Origin: Candidatus Hadarchaeum sp.
GTDB lineage: Archaea; Hadarchaeota; Hadarchaeia; Hadarchaeales; Hadarchaeaceae
Length of the DNA: 64,000 nucleotides
Assembly: GCF_038871235.1 (NCBI RefSeq)
Contig: NZ_JAVZIN010000002.1
Location: 32,001-96,000, forward strand
Reading direction: 5' to 3'
Below, piece after piece: positions 9,890 to 23,933 of this stretch. The translations under genes and the position numbers were made by a program. The first letter of the stretch is position 1. Every line of letters begins with the position of its first letter. The notes under the pieces are model-generated. The model was not told the origin of the DNA and ran no database searches. It was given only the letters and a program-made list of their open reading frames with translations.

Positions 9890-10635
9890 GCGAGATCGAA
9901 GGAATCTACGCCGTCTGGCTGAGAGAGTTCAAGGTCTACATCAGGGAAAAGGAGCGAGTAATCTCATCGTTGATATCACCGATCCTGTGGCTGATCGCCT
10001 TCGGCACAGGACTGGGATCGGTTGTGACCATTGAGGGAGTGAACTACCGAACCTACATTTATCCAGGCATCCTTATCATGAGCGTGCTCTTCTCCTCGCT
10101 TTTCTACGGGGTCTATGTGATCTGGGACAGAAAACTAGATTTTCTAAAAGAGGTACTGGTGGCTCCCCTCTCGCGTGTCAGCATATTTGTGGGAAAAGTG
10201 CTGGGCGGCTGCACCACGGTAATGGTCCAGACAACGGCGCTGCTGGTAATTGGCTACTTCATCGGTCTTTATCTCACTCCGGATGTCTTCATAAAAGTAT
10301 TCCTGCTCCTTTTTCTGCTCTCGGTCGCGCTGGTCAGCTTGGGTCTGAGCATCGGTGCCAACATGAGAAGTCCAGAAGGCTTCATGCTCGTGGCCAACTT
10401 CGTCATCTGGCCGCTGTTCTTCTTCAGTGGGGCTCTTTTCCCCCTAAGCAACCTGCCTCCATGGCTCTCAAGCATAACCTCCATAAACCCGGTGACTTAT
10501 GGTGTCGATCTGGTGAGAGGAACCATCATCGGAATCCAGCATTTCCCCTATTTAGCCGACATCGTGATAATCTTAACCTTCTCGCTCGCCACTATCCTAG
10601 TCGGAACTTGGAGCTTCAAAAGGATGCACGATTGA
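9886..10635 (+). CDS. ABC-2 exporter permease (DrrB-like)
   Basis: Six hydrophobic helices, LKEVLVAP, SGALFP, NPVTYGVD; ATGA overlap with the ATPase. Confidence 0.9.
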   Translation: MSEIEGIYAVWLREFKVYIREKERVISSLISPILWLIAFGTGLGSVVTIEGVNYRTYIYPGILIMSVLFSSLFYGVYVIWDRKLDFLKEVLVAPLSRVSIFVGKVLGGCTTVMVQTTALLVIGYFIGLYLTPDVFIKVFLLLFLLSVALVSLGLSIGANMRSPEGFMLVANFVIWPLFFFSGALFPLSNLPPWLSSITSINPVTYGVDLVRGTIIGIQHFPYLADIVIILTFSLATILVGTWSFKRMHD

Positions 10636-10656
10636 AAATTAATGTTTTCAAAAAAT

Positions 10657-11415
10657 TCAAACTCTTTTGAATATGATCGTGGACTTATCCCTATTTTTAC
10701 GAATCTCATGCAGGCCCTCGCTCGCCAGTCTCGCCGCCTTTTCCGCGTTGGGCGCTGCCCCCACCCCGGCCTTCAATTCCAATCCCAGATCAGCCTTGAC
10801 CTCGGCAAGAACATCGGATATCTCCGACACCTCAAGTCCATTCGACAGTGCCATGATGTTGTCGCCGCCCATGTAAAATACTAAGGCGTTGCGGCGGAGA
10901 AACAACTGTACTAAAGCCAAATATGCCCTTTGAAGCATAAAATGAGTATCGTAAATTGGCTCGCTATCCGTGATAAGCGTGGAATGGTTTATGTCCATGT
11001 GAGCGATCTGTACCCAGTCTTGGTCTGGATAGCTCACACAGCTTCCCACCAAGGCGCCTTTACGTTCGGCAGACTGGCTACTTCCCACACGCTGCAGACA
11101 CAGCGTGGCTAGGACTTGGGCCTGATAGGGTGTTGTCGCGGCCCCCACACTCATGCTTACGGTTACCGGAAATTTGTTATTGATCACTTTCTGAATCTCC
11201 CGATGCTCTTCCATAGAGATGCCATTAGTCACGGCGAAGAGATTATCGAACCTGGTCGGGAAAACTAATCCGCCACGCGAGCCGAACTGACGCTCCAGCT
11301 CGGCAAAGAGCTCCGCCTGCAACACTTGAAGCTCAAATTCCCTTCTGGGCTCAGGCGTGACTGTCCATGGACCATAATTGTCTATCTGGATCAGGGTGAG
11401 CTGTATTTTCCTCAT
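10657..11415 (-). CDS. gch3: GTP cyclohydrolase III (IIa)
   Basis: IQIDNYGPWTVTP, RFDN, AHMDIN, YMGGDN, LKAGVG; start at 11415 follows SD gagg. Confidence 0.9.
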   Translation of the reverse strand: MRKIQLTLIQIDNYGPWTVTPEPRREFELQVLQAELFAELERQFGSRGGLVFPTRFDNLFAVTNGISMEEHREIQKVINNKFPVTVSMSVGAATTPYQAQVLATLCLQRVGSSQSAERKGALVGSCVSYPDQDWVQIAHMDINHSTLITDSEPIYDTHFMLQRAYLALVQLFLRRNALVFYMGGDNIMALSNGLEVSEISDVLAEVKADLGLELKAGVGAAPNAEKAARLASEGLHEIRKNRDKSTIIFKRV

Positions 11416-11519
11416 AACATCCTCTAATTTTATTGCCTGAAGTGTGTAAATAATGTTTCGAAAATATGTCAAATTCTTTCCGAAAAAAGGGACGAATAAA
11501 GAGCAAGGAAGGGAATAAC

Positions 11520-12848
11520 ATGAAGATTCCCTGTGTCCTAACTATAGCTGGCTCTGATTCCGGAGGCGGCGCCGGGATTCAAGCCGATATAAAGACAATG
11601 GCGGCGCTCGGCGTTCATGGGCTGTGTGCCATTACTGCCGTAACCGCTCAAAACACGCGCGGTGTTGCTGCCGTTATCGAGTTGCCACCGGAGTTCGTCG
11701 CCAAACAAATCGATGTTGTCATGGACGATTTTGATGTGAAATTTGCCAAGACTGGAATGCTAAGCAGCGGGGAGATTATCAGGGCTGTTTCAGACCGTGT
11801 TAAAAAATATCAACTAAGGGTAGTTGTTGATCCGATAATTATTTCCGCGAGCGGTTCGCCCCTCATGAGAGAGGGGGCCTTATCGGCAATTGGTGAATTA
11901 CTCTCCTGCGCTGAACTAGTAACGCCAAACATTCACGAGGCTGAAAAGTTATCTGGATTAAGAATTAAATCGATTGGCGACATGAAACGCGCTGCCAAAA
12001 AAATTGCCGATCTCGGTCCACGAGCAGTCCTGATTAAAGGCGGGCATCTGGGGAGGGAAACTGTAACTGACGTTCTGTACCAAAATGGAGATTTCGAGGA
12101 GTTCAGCGGGCCTAGAATAACTAGAGAGACCACCCATGGCACAGGTTGCTCCTTATCCTCAGCAATTGCTGCCGAACTCGCCAAAGGCGCAACGCTGAGC
12201 GCCGCGGTCGGAAAGGCCCGGGAATTCATAACTCAGGCAATCAAAGGTCGGTTAAAGCTGGGCCATGGTGTCGTGCCGATCAACCAGATGGCGGGAATTC
12301 TGAGGGAGATTGAAACAGCGCGAGCTGTCACTGAAGTCTGGAAAGCCGCCCAGCTACTGGTGAAAAATCCGAAATTTGTAAAGTTGATCCCTGAAGTGGG
12401 GACAAACATTGTGATGGCATTACCTGGAGCAAAATCCAGATCTGATGTAGTCGGGCTTTCGGGGCGGATAGTGAGAACCAGTAGCGGGGCCGTGTTAACC
12501 GGATTTCCTGAGCTTGGAGGCTCAGAACATATGGCCAACGCTGTTCTGATTGCACACAGATTTGACTCCAGGATTCGCTCGGTGATGAACATCCGATTCT
12601 CTCCCGAGAACCTGCAAGCCTGCAGATCACTGGGACTAAGCATCTCTTCCTTCGACCGCGCCAGGGAACCAAAGGGAGTGAAAACCATGGAGTGGGGCAC
12701 GGAACAGGCCATAAAAAAGATAGGCCGAGTTCCGCAAGTCATTTTTGACAAGGGCGGTCCGGGCAAAGAAGCCATGATCAGACTTCTAGGCGATGCTCCA
12801 GGCGAGATTGCTTCTCTGGCGTTGAAAATAGCAGAAAAAATTAACTAA
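11520..12848 (+). CDS. thiD: Bifunctional HMP(-P) kinase / thiamine-phosphate synthase ThiDN
   Basis: IAGSDSGGGAGIQAD, KGGH, HGTGC plus C-terminal ThiN domain (IPEVGTN, SEHMA, DKGGPGKEAM). Confidence 0.92.
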   Translation: MKIPCVLTIAGSDSGGGAGIQADIKTMAALGVHGLCAITAVTAQNTRGVAAVIELPPEFVAKQIDVVMDDFDVKFAKTGMLSSGEIIRAVSDRVKKYQLRVVVDPIIISASGSPLMREGALSAIGELLSCAELVTPNIHEAEKLSGLRIKSIGDMKRAAKKIADLGPRAVLIKGGHLGRETVTDVLYQNGDFEEFSGPRITRETTHGTGCSLSSAIAAELAKGATLSAAVGKAREFITQAIKGRLKLGHGVVPINQMAGILREIETARAVTEVWKAAQLLVKNPKFVKLIPEVGTNIVMALPGAKSRSDVVGLSGRIVRTSSGAVLTGFPELGGSEHMANAVLIAHRFDSRIRSVMNIRFSPENLQACRSLGLSISSFDRAREPKGVKTMEWGTEQAIKKIGRVPQVIFDKGGPGKEAMIRLLGDAPGEIASLALKIAEKIN

Positions 12849-12896
12849 GAGGAAAGCTTTTTTACCTATCCGCCAAAACGAGCGGGAGGGACAAAG

Positions 12897-13106
12897 ATGG
12901 GAAGCGTGAGGTCGCTGTACATAAAACGAGCGGCGAGAGAAATCCTTGAAAAATATCCCAACAAGTTCACCAAGGATTTCAGTGAAAACGCCAGAATCCT
13001 CGATGAGTTAATAAAAACGGACAGTAAGACAACCCGCAATAGAGTGGCAGGATATATAACTAAAATTATGAAACGGGAAAACGGAACAGCGGCTGAGAAT
13101 ATCTAA
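12897..13106 (+). CDS. rps17e: 30S ribosomal protein S17e
   Basis: MGSVR..YIKR.A, FT.DF..N, RNRVAGYIT. Confidence 0.93.
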   Translation: MGSVRSLYIKRAAREILEKYPNKFTKDFSENARILDELIKTDSKTTRNRVAGYITKIMKRENGTAAENI

Positions 13107-13225
13107 AAACAAACTTGTTCTAAAAAATTAATTTTCATTACCACCTCCTAAGCCAATTTGCCCCATTTTTAATCCATTTTCCTCCGCATTTTTTAATAGA
13201 AAGAGCGTTAATCAATTAGATTCCT

Positions 13226-14467
13226 ATGTACATTCCACTAATCATCTTAGTTGTAGTTTTCTTACTGATCGCGATAAGAAGAGTTGGTAGAATAAGTCTG
13301 CAGATGTGGCAGATCATGCTGTTCGGTGCCATCGCGGTTTTAGTGACAGGACAAATTTCACCGATGGATGCTTTGAAATCAATAAACTTGGATGTGATGC
13401 TGTTTCTCTTCGGGATGTTCACCGTTGGACAAGCCATGGATGAAAGCGGTTACTTATCACACCTATCCTACAAGATTTTCAACCGTTCCCGCTCAATCGA
13501 CTCCTTGATACTATCAATTCTTTTCGTTATGGGCTTGACCTCGGCATTCTTGATGAACGACACCATTGCCATCATCGGAACTCCAGTCATGCTGTTCCTA
13601 GCCAAAAGACATGCCATCTCCCCCAAGCTGTTGCTGCTTACCTTAGCCTTCGCAGTTACGATAGGAAGTGCGATGAGCCCCATCGGCAACCCGCAGAACG
13701 TCCTAATTGCCATAAACGGGGGCTTCGCCAACCCATTTATCACCTTTTTCAGGTTTCTCTTCCTGCCCACGATTATCAATCTTTTCGTGGCCTATCTTAT
13801 ACTGAAGTTCTTCCATCGGGAACAATTTCACTCAAAACCGTTGCTGCATTCCCAAGAGCCAATAAAGGACCACTTCCTCGCCTTACTTTCCAAACTTTCC
13901 TTGCTCATAATAGTGGTCCTAGTAATGATTAAAATCGGGTTGTGCTATCTGGCCCCCCAGTTCGATTTCAGGTTGACCTATGTTGCGCTAATTGCTGCCG
14001 CACCTATTTTAATTTTCAGCCCGCGGAGATTAAGAATACTAAAAAATATTGACTGGCATTCCCTCATTTTTTTCGCGGCAATGTTTGTGCTCATGGAAAG
14101 CGTCTGGCAGACGGGGTTTTTCCAGTCCATGATAACCAGCTTGAAAGTGAATATCGTGTCAATAACTATGATCTTAGTAATCAGCACCATTCTGAGTCAG
14201 TTCATTTCAAATGTGCCTCTAGTAGCTCTATATTTGCCCATGCTGACCCAAGCCGGAGCCTCATCCAAAGAGACGATCGCCTTGGCGGCTGGAAGCACCA
14301 TCGCTGGAAATTTGTTCATCTTAGGAGCAGCGAGCAACGTGATAATCATTCAAAACGCGGAAAAGAAATCCGGGGACACCTTGACCTTCTTTGAATTCGC
14401 CAAAGTTGGAGCTCCGCTGACCGTCGCAAATATTATAATCTACTGGATCTTCTTGTCTTGGCTCTAA
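13226..14467 (+). CDS. ArsB/NhaD/CitMHS-superfamily anion permease
   Basis: AFLMND, SPIGNPQN, IDW, SNVP, STIAGN...GAASN. Confidence 0.85.
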   Translation: MYIPLIILVVVFLLIAIRRVGRISLQMWQIMLFGAIAVLVTGQISPMDALKSINLDVMLFLFGMFTVGQAMDESGYLSHLSYKIFNRSRSIDSLILSILFVMGLTSAFLMNDTIAIIGTPVMLFLAKRHAISPKLLLLTLAFAVTIGSAMSPIGNPQNVLIAINGGFANPFITFFRFLFLPTIINLFVAYLILKFFHREQFHSKPLLHSQEPIKDHFLALLSKLSLLIIVVLVMIKIGLCYLAPQFDFRLTYVALIAAAPILIFSPRRLRILKNIDWHSLIFFAAMFVLMESVWQTGFFQSMITSLKVNIVSITMILVISTILSQFISNVPLVALYLPMLTQAGASSKETIALAAGSTIAGNLFILGAASNVIIIQNAEKKSGDTLTFFEFAKVGAPLTVANIIIYWIFLSWL

Positions 14468-14580
14468 TTTGGCCAGCTGTTCTTTGACAATAATTCAGTC
14501 TACAATTAAAAAGCGATCAACGGAAAAATTTAAATAAACACAGGGTTTCCTTTTTTTATCCTTGAAGAAGGAGGAATAGC

Positions 14581-14757
14581 ATGCCACCAGTCGTTGACCT
14601 TAAAAAGTGCACTGGGGCTGGAGTCTGCGCAGAGGTCTGCCCGGCCAACGTCATTGAAATCCAAAATGGAAAGGCCGTAGTTGTTCGTCCGGATGACTGT
14701 ATTGAGTGCCGAGCCTGCGAGGCCTCGTGCCCAAACGGTGCCATTAAGCTCCCATGA
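14581..14757 (+). CDS. Small dicluster ferredoxin (58 aa; missed by the ORF track)
   Basis: Hand translation MPPVVDLKKCTGAGVCAEVCPANVIEIQNGKAVVVRPDDCIECRACEASCPNGAIKLP*; SD ggagg upstream. Confidence 0.9.
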   Translation: MPPVVDLKKCTGAGVCAEVCPANVIEIQNGKAVVVRPDDCIECRACEASCPNGAIKLP

Positions 14758-14910
14758 ATGTGACTAAATATCCCGCATCAAAATTGAACCTAATCAAGCG
14801 GGGACTATTTTTCACCCTCGTTATAATGACTTGATTATTGTTGCCTAATCTTAATCGAAGTGTTTACAAAATTTTCGAAAATGCAAAATTTAGATCTCGT
14901 GATTATGAAA

Positions 14911-14939
14911 GCCATGCATAGGTCGCAACTGCACTAACC
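14911..14939 (-). repeat. 3' arm of the pre-23S processing stem (pairs with 18002-18030)
   Basis: gccatgcataggtcgcaactgcactaacc forms about 29 continuous bp, including G-U pairs, with the segment upstream of 23S. Confidence 0.8.
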
Positions 14940-14947
14940 TGTTACTG

Positions 14948-17990
<3,043 letters not shown>

Positions 17991-18001
17991 TCTGTAAACC
18001 C

Positions 18002-18030
18002 AGCTAGCACAGCTGCGACCTATGCATGGC
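18002..18030 (-). repeat. 5' arm of the pre-23S processing stem
   Basis: Inverted repeat of 14911-14939. Confidence 0.8.
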
Positions 18031-18097
18031 AATCATCTTGCGTTTTCCGCAATATGCCCTTAGCACGAGAGTTTCCTCGCGTGCCGCATTTATAATG

Positions 18098-18169
18098 TGG
18101 ACCCGGCGGGAATCGAACCCGCGACCTTCGGCTTGCAAAGCCGACGCTCTGCCTCTGAGCTACAGGCCC
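18098..18169 (-). tRNA. tRNA-Ala(UGC), CCA not encoded
   Basis: GGGCCUG/CGGGUCC acceptor with G3-U70, anticodon loop UUUGCAA, T-loop GUUCGAUUC; lies in the 16S-23S spacer. Confidence 0.97.
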
Positions 18170-18197
18170 CACGAGGGTTCGGTACTCAAAACTTCAA

Positions 18198-19675
<1,478 letters not shown>

Positions 19676-19702
19676 TATTGTCGCAAAGCCAATGAAATTG
19701 GC

Positions 19703-19728
19703 TTGAGTACCGAACCTATCTCGGACCC
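19703..19728 (-). other. 5' arm of the pre-16S processing stem with bulge-helix-bulge (pairs with 18164-18189)
   Basis: GGGUC-CGAG-AUA-GGUUCGGUACUCAA pairs with UUGAGUACCGAACC-CUCG-UGG-GGCCU. Confidence 0.75.
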
Positions 19729-20117
19729 GAGCCCTTCCAGTAGCCTGGTTTGTTCGGATCCACATTTTGAGTCCACACCAAGAGTACGATTTCTCATCGT
19801 GGGACATTCACGGTCCCAAACTCCAAATCGACGCCGTTCACACTGCAGTGTGGACGGTATAATCTCTGAAACTTACCATACTTAAAGCTAACGCAGCGCC
19901 CCACCATTTTGCTCGATATTCGAAAATTCTGTTTTCCCAACCTTTCTAAAATCTTAAACGGTCACGAACATGAAAACAGCTTTTTCCATCTGTTCAACTA
20001 CTATAAAAACATGTTTTGAAACTCGGCGAAATTAAATCTCGCAAACGTTGCCATTCCCATAAACAACCAACGAAAGTACTAAAAAGCCGCCGTATAAGTA
20101 ATTGGCGAGGTGACCTG

Positions 20118-20345
20118 ATGAAAAGGTTGTCTGAGTTGAACGGCCTCAAGGTCTACAGCGATCGCGCGCGCTACGTGGGAACTGTAGAAGATGCTGTAAT
20201 CGATGATAAAGAGGGAGCGGTAGTTGGCCTTGTTTTTGGGCGAAAGGGAGATAAGGCCCTATCAATTCCCTACACGAGCATCATGGCAATTGGAGATATC
20301 ATTTTAATTCAGAGCAAAAAGGAAGAGGCAGTTGCGCCAACATGA
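20118..20345 (+). CDS. PRC-barrel domain protein
   Basis: LSELNGLKVYS..ARYVG.VED..ID, IPY..I.AIGDII; SD gaggtga before ATG 20118. Confidence 0.88.
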   Translation: MKRLSELNGLKVYSDRARYVGTVEDAVIDDKEGAVVGLVFGRKGDKALSIPYTSIMAIGDIILIQSKKEEAVAPT

Positions 20346-20929
20346 TTGAGGCTTTTCGGGGTAAAAAGCCCCGCATCCATAAGACGGCATTCGTTCATCC
20401 GTCCGCCACAATTATAGGTGATGTTGTTATCGGCAAGCGCGCAAGCGTTTGGCCTGGGGCGGTCATCAGGGCGGACTTCGCCAGCGTAAAGATTGGTAAC
20501 TACTCCAACGTTCAGGACAATGCGGTAATTCACTCCGGAGATGTGTACCGGAACGGGAAGCCTGAATATTTTCCCACCAAAATTGGCAACTATGTAATCA
20601 TCGGCCACCGCGCGCTAGTTCATGGCGCTACTATCGAAAACCAATGCATCATCGGTGCGGGCTCGGTTGTCTTTAACCGCGCGAGAGTCAGGAAAGGCGC
20701 AATGGTCGGGATTGGAGCAGTTGTTCTTAGAGATGTTGAAGTGCCACCGCGCACGGTTGTCGTAGGCATACCAGCTAGGCCCCTGCGGACGATAACAGAC
20801 GAAGAATTCAGGCAGATTAAAACCCAAGCCATTAACTACTCAAAACTAGCTGAAGAATATCTTAAAGCGGAATCAATGTCGTCTCAAGTCCATCGTAAGT
20901 GGGGTAGGCCTCGACTAAAGCGAAAGTGA
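20342..20929 (+). CDS. Gamma-class carbonic anhydrase family (hexapeptide repeat)
   Basis: IIGDV.IG, VIRAD, SNVQDNAVIH, IGH.A.VHG. Confidence 0.9.
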   Translation: MIEAFRGKKPRIHKTAFVHPSATIIGDVVIGKRASVWPGAVIRADFASVKIGNYSNVQDNAVIHSGDVYRNGKPEYFPTKIGNYVIIGHRALVHGATIENQCIIGAGSVVFNRARVRKGAMVGIGAVVLRDVEVPPRTVVVGIPARPLRTITDEEFRQIKTQAINYSKLAEEYLKAESMSSQVHRKWGRPRLKRK

Positions 20930-21947
20930 GGTTTTTTTCCATTTTAGCTAACTTTTCAGCCACGTACCAAGGCATTTCAATCCTTTTCTTGTGGTGGTCA
21001 ATCACTATTAATTCTGCAGGAATCCTGTAGTCTCGCATTAACCTTGACCGTACCGAAACCAATCTATCATCAGGCAAATTCAATATTACTCCCTTCACCA
21101 ATAGACCATCAGGCGTAACGACCTCATGTGGTCTAGCGATATTTTTTGCCTTGCGTTTGAGTCTGTTGCGCAACTGAACTGAATCCTTTAAAGCGCTGGG
21201 ACAATAGTGAATGTTTAATTTGGTATTCTTGGCGGCCCACTTAAGTACCCTGATTGCCACCTCTTCACTCCCTTTAGCTGCCATGGAGGTACTGGACTTT
21301 AGTGTGAACCCTTTCTTTTTAAGTTGATCTAAGTTAGTATCGGAAAACTCCAACTCATTCAAGTTCACAAATTTGCACTTTATCTTATCCAGCTCAGCTA
21401 AAAGCGATGTAATCTTTCGATATTCACCCGGGATGGCGGGTATTTCAACACCGGCACAAAGACATACGTCCAGCGCTAACTTAACCGGCTTTACCGACCA
21501 AGTATGGAACCTAATCTCATCCAAACCTTCGCGTTTAAGCTGGAGCAACTGCGACCTCGATAGCTCCCCGCAGCAGTACATATGCACATGGTGATTACGA
21601 CCGAATTTTTCTTTCATAAGTCGCAAGTAGAATAAAACGCGCTTAAATCTAAGAGAAGGGTCACCTCCGGTGATCCCGGTGCCCAAGGCCTCCATTGATC
21701 TCGCCTCATCCAAAATATCTTTAGTCGATTTAATCGGCCTTTCATTCGCATAAGCTAAATCCTTGCCCGCCCTTTTCTCAGACAACGGACAATAAAAGCA
21801 ACGGCGGCGGCAGAGCCCGGTTACAAAGAGCACCAACTTTGCTCCCTTTATGCAGAGTCTGCAGCCTTGAGGCATCTTTCCCAGAACTAAAGAATTTGCT
21901 GAAGTACGAATTATCCTGCGGTCGGCTCTATCTGTGGCCAATCTCAT
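20862..21947 (-). CDS. Archaeal radical SAM protein of unknown function
   Basis: GC..C..GAKLVLFVTGLCRRRCFYCPLS (CxxxCxxC), GITGGDP, NELE, HYC. Confidence 0.88.
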   Translation of the reverse strand: MRLATDRADRRIIRTSANSLVLGKMPQGCRLCIKGAKLVLFVTGLCRRRCFYCPLSEKRAGKDLAYANERPIKSTKDILDEARSMEALGTGITGGDPSLRFKRVLFYLRLMKEKFGRNHHVHMYCCGELSRSQLLQLKREGLDEIRFHTWSVKPVKLALDVCLCAGVEIPAIPGEYRKITSLLAELDKIKCKFVNLNELEFSDTNLDQLKKKGFTLKSSTSMAAKGSEEVAIRVLKWAAKNTKLNIHYCPSALKDSVQLRNRLKRKAKNIARPHEVVTPDGLLVKGVILNLPDDRLVSVRSRLMRDYRIPAELIVIDHHKKRIEMPWYVAEKLAKMEKNLTFALVEAYPTYDGLETTLIPL

Positions 21948-22362
21948 GACCCCAACGTCTTTTCTTGTCGGTGACTTCCTCTTTCCAAATGGGAACTTCC
22001 TTCTTTACCCTGTCCATTATCTTGGGAAGTGCGCTAAACACCTCGGCCCTTCTAACGCCAGCCACTAATACATATATTGCGTCATCACCTGGCGAGAGTT
22101 CATCGACAACATGGTGGATCATCACCCTCTTGATTCCGGGCCTTCTCTCAAAATCAGACGCTATTTCACCGAGCTTATCCACCGCGTCTTCTGCGCTTTC
22201 ATAATGCAAATATTTAACAGATCCCCCTTCTAACGACACTCTCCGAATTACGCCCACAAAACATCCAATAGCTCCAACCTCCTTGTCTAAGCTGGCCTTC
22301 ATCCGTTCAAGAAGGTCGTGGAAATTAACCTCTCCCTTTCGATGCACACCTACATCAGGCAA
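21928..22362 (-). CDS. moaE: Molybdopterin synthase catalytic subunit
   Basis: GAI.CFVGVIR, L.YE, VKKEVPIWKEE. Confidence 0.85.
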   Translation of the reverse strand: MPDVGVHRKGEVNFHDLLERMKASLDKEVGAIGCFVGVIRRVSLEGGSVKYLHYESAEDAVDKLGEIASDFERRPGIKRVMIHHVVDELSPGDDAIYVLVAGVRRAEVFSALPKIMDRVKKEVPIWKEEVTDKKRRWGHEIGHR

Positions 22363-22380
22363 AAGATATCACCGCTGAAT

Positions 22381-22665
22381 CTAACCACCCGAGACTGGAG
22401 GGAAGATTGCCACAACGTCTCCGTCTTTCAATTTAGTGTGCAAGCCTTGTAATAGGTTCACGCTCCTTCCATTCACGATGATGTTTACCGTCTCGCGCAA
22501 TTTTTCGCCATCAAAGAGTTGCCTACCCAATTTCTCACCAAACTTGGCTACGAGCGCCTTCAGCAGGGAGGAAACATCAGCGGTGCCCTCTATCACCGTT
22601 TTATCCGCACCTGCTGCCTCCCTGAAATTGGCAAAAAATTTTACCGTTACTGCCACAACGCTCAC
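22381..22665 (-). CDS. Ubiquitin-like sulfur carrier (MoaD/SAMP1)
   Basis: VKFFA.FRE, LKDGDVVAIFPPVSGG with C-terminal GG. Confidence 0.92.
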   Translation of the reverse strand: MSVVAVTVKFFANFREAAGADKTVIEGTADVSSLLKALVAKFGEKLGRQLFDGEKLRETVNIIVNGRSVNLLQGLHTKLKDGDVVAIFPPVSGG

Positions 22666-22750
22666 CGAAATCCTTCCAACTACCTAAAAAGATTAATTAC
22701 TCAACCTTTTTAAGCATGCGTAAGAGAGTAGTCAAGGAAGGGTTGATTTC

Positions 22751-23290
22751 GTGGCGGAGGTCAAAACCCAATTACAGAATATCGTGCTTTCCGTAACTTA
22801 CGAAGGCGTTGAATTTGACTTGGAGAAGTTGGCCAGATCACTTGAGGGGGCAAGATACGATCCGGAGGTATTTCCTGGAATCGCTTATAAGTCGGAGGAC
22901 CCACAGGCTTCCTTCTTAATTTTCGCCTCAGGAAAAATGAACTGTGTCGGCGCCAGAAGCATGGCAGATGCCAAGCTGGCCATAAAAAGGCTCACCAAGA
23001 AGCTTCAAAAGGCCGGAGTCAAGGTTAAAAGCGAGCCCAAAGTAAAAGTTCAGAACATCGTGGCCTCATTCGATTTCGGGCGCGAGTTCGACTTGGAGAA
23101 AATAGCCAGAACTTTTGAAAACACCGAATATGAACCTGAAGTTTTCCCTGGGCTGGTTTTCCGGTTAGACGAGCCAAAGGTAGTGGTTCTTCTCTTCGTC
23201 TCTGGAAAAGGGGTCTGCGCTGGTGCCAAAAGCATGGCGGATATCAAGGCGGCTGGGACAAAGATATTAAAACTTCTGAAACAGCACTAA
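22751..23290 (+). CDS. tbp: TATA-box-binding protein
   Basis: Two repeats NIV..Y.PEVFPG..F.SGK..C.GA.S. Confidence 0.95.
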   Translation: MAEVKTQLQNIVLSVTYEGVEFDLEKLARSLEGARYDPEVFPGIAYKSEDPQASFLIFASGKMNCVGARSMADAKLAIKRLTKKLQKAGVKVKSEPKVKVQNIVASFDFGREFDLEKIARTFENTEYEPEVFPGLVFRLDEPKVVVLLFVSGKGVCAGAKSMADIKAAGTKILKLLKQH

Positions 23291-23325
23291 TGATGTAACC
23301 AACTCGCTGTTTTGCCTACATAATG

Positions 23326-23802
23326 CTACTTGGCCAACTTTGCCACAATATTTGCCACTCTGTATCCCAAATCTCGGCAGTTTTCAATACTTTCTTGGCT
23401 TGGGCTTCCGACAGCAACTGATCCGTAATGCATAAGATTTGATCTCCCCACTACAACCATGCCGTGAATAAGCATGGCATGGATTATGGACAACAGCGTG
23501 GTTTCGGACCCACCTGACCCTCCAAAGCTGGTAAAAGCAGCACCGACCTTTCCATCGAGCTTGCCGTAGTATTTAACCGACTCGTCAACGAAGGTTTTCA
23601 TCTTGGCCGACATCTGTCCGAAATGGCAGGGCGAACCGATAATTACTCCGTCAGCTTCTAAAAGCTCATCAACCTTGGCCTGATCGACCTTCCTAAGCAC
23701 CACCGCTACACCAGCGACCTTTTTAGCTCCCTCTGCCACTGCGTGAGCCATCTTTTCCGTGTTTCCAGATGCTGAGTCGTAAACGATTAAAACTTTGGGC
23801 AT
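23326..23802 (-). CDS. WrbA-like flavodoxin / NAD(P)H-dependent oxidoreductase
   Basis: YDSASGNTEKMA, GSP..FGQMS, GKVGAAFTS. Confidence 0.88.
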   Translation of the reverse strand: MPKVLIVYDSASGNTEKMAHAVAEGAKKVAGVAVVLRKVDQAKVDELLEADGVIIGSPCHFGQMSAKMKTFVDESVKYYGKLDGKVGAAFTSFGGSGGSETTLLSIIHAMLIHGMVVVGRSNLMHYGSVAVGSPSQESIENCRDLGYRVANIVAKLAK

Positions 23803-23933
23803 TGAATATCCTCATTCATTATTTGTCTTTTCATTTCAATTTAAATTATCTGTACTGGACTAATCCATTTCCAAGATAAATCCCTCAACGAGCCTAATTT
23901 TTAACTTGGGCGAAGATAGAGCTTTTCGATACT

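Noticed and set aside
14556-14744. 62-aa minus-strand ORF
   Set aside because: Antisense shadow of the real ferredoxin on the + strand.
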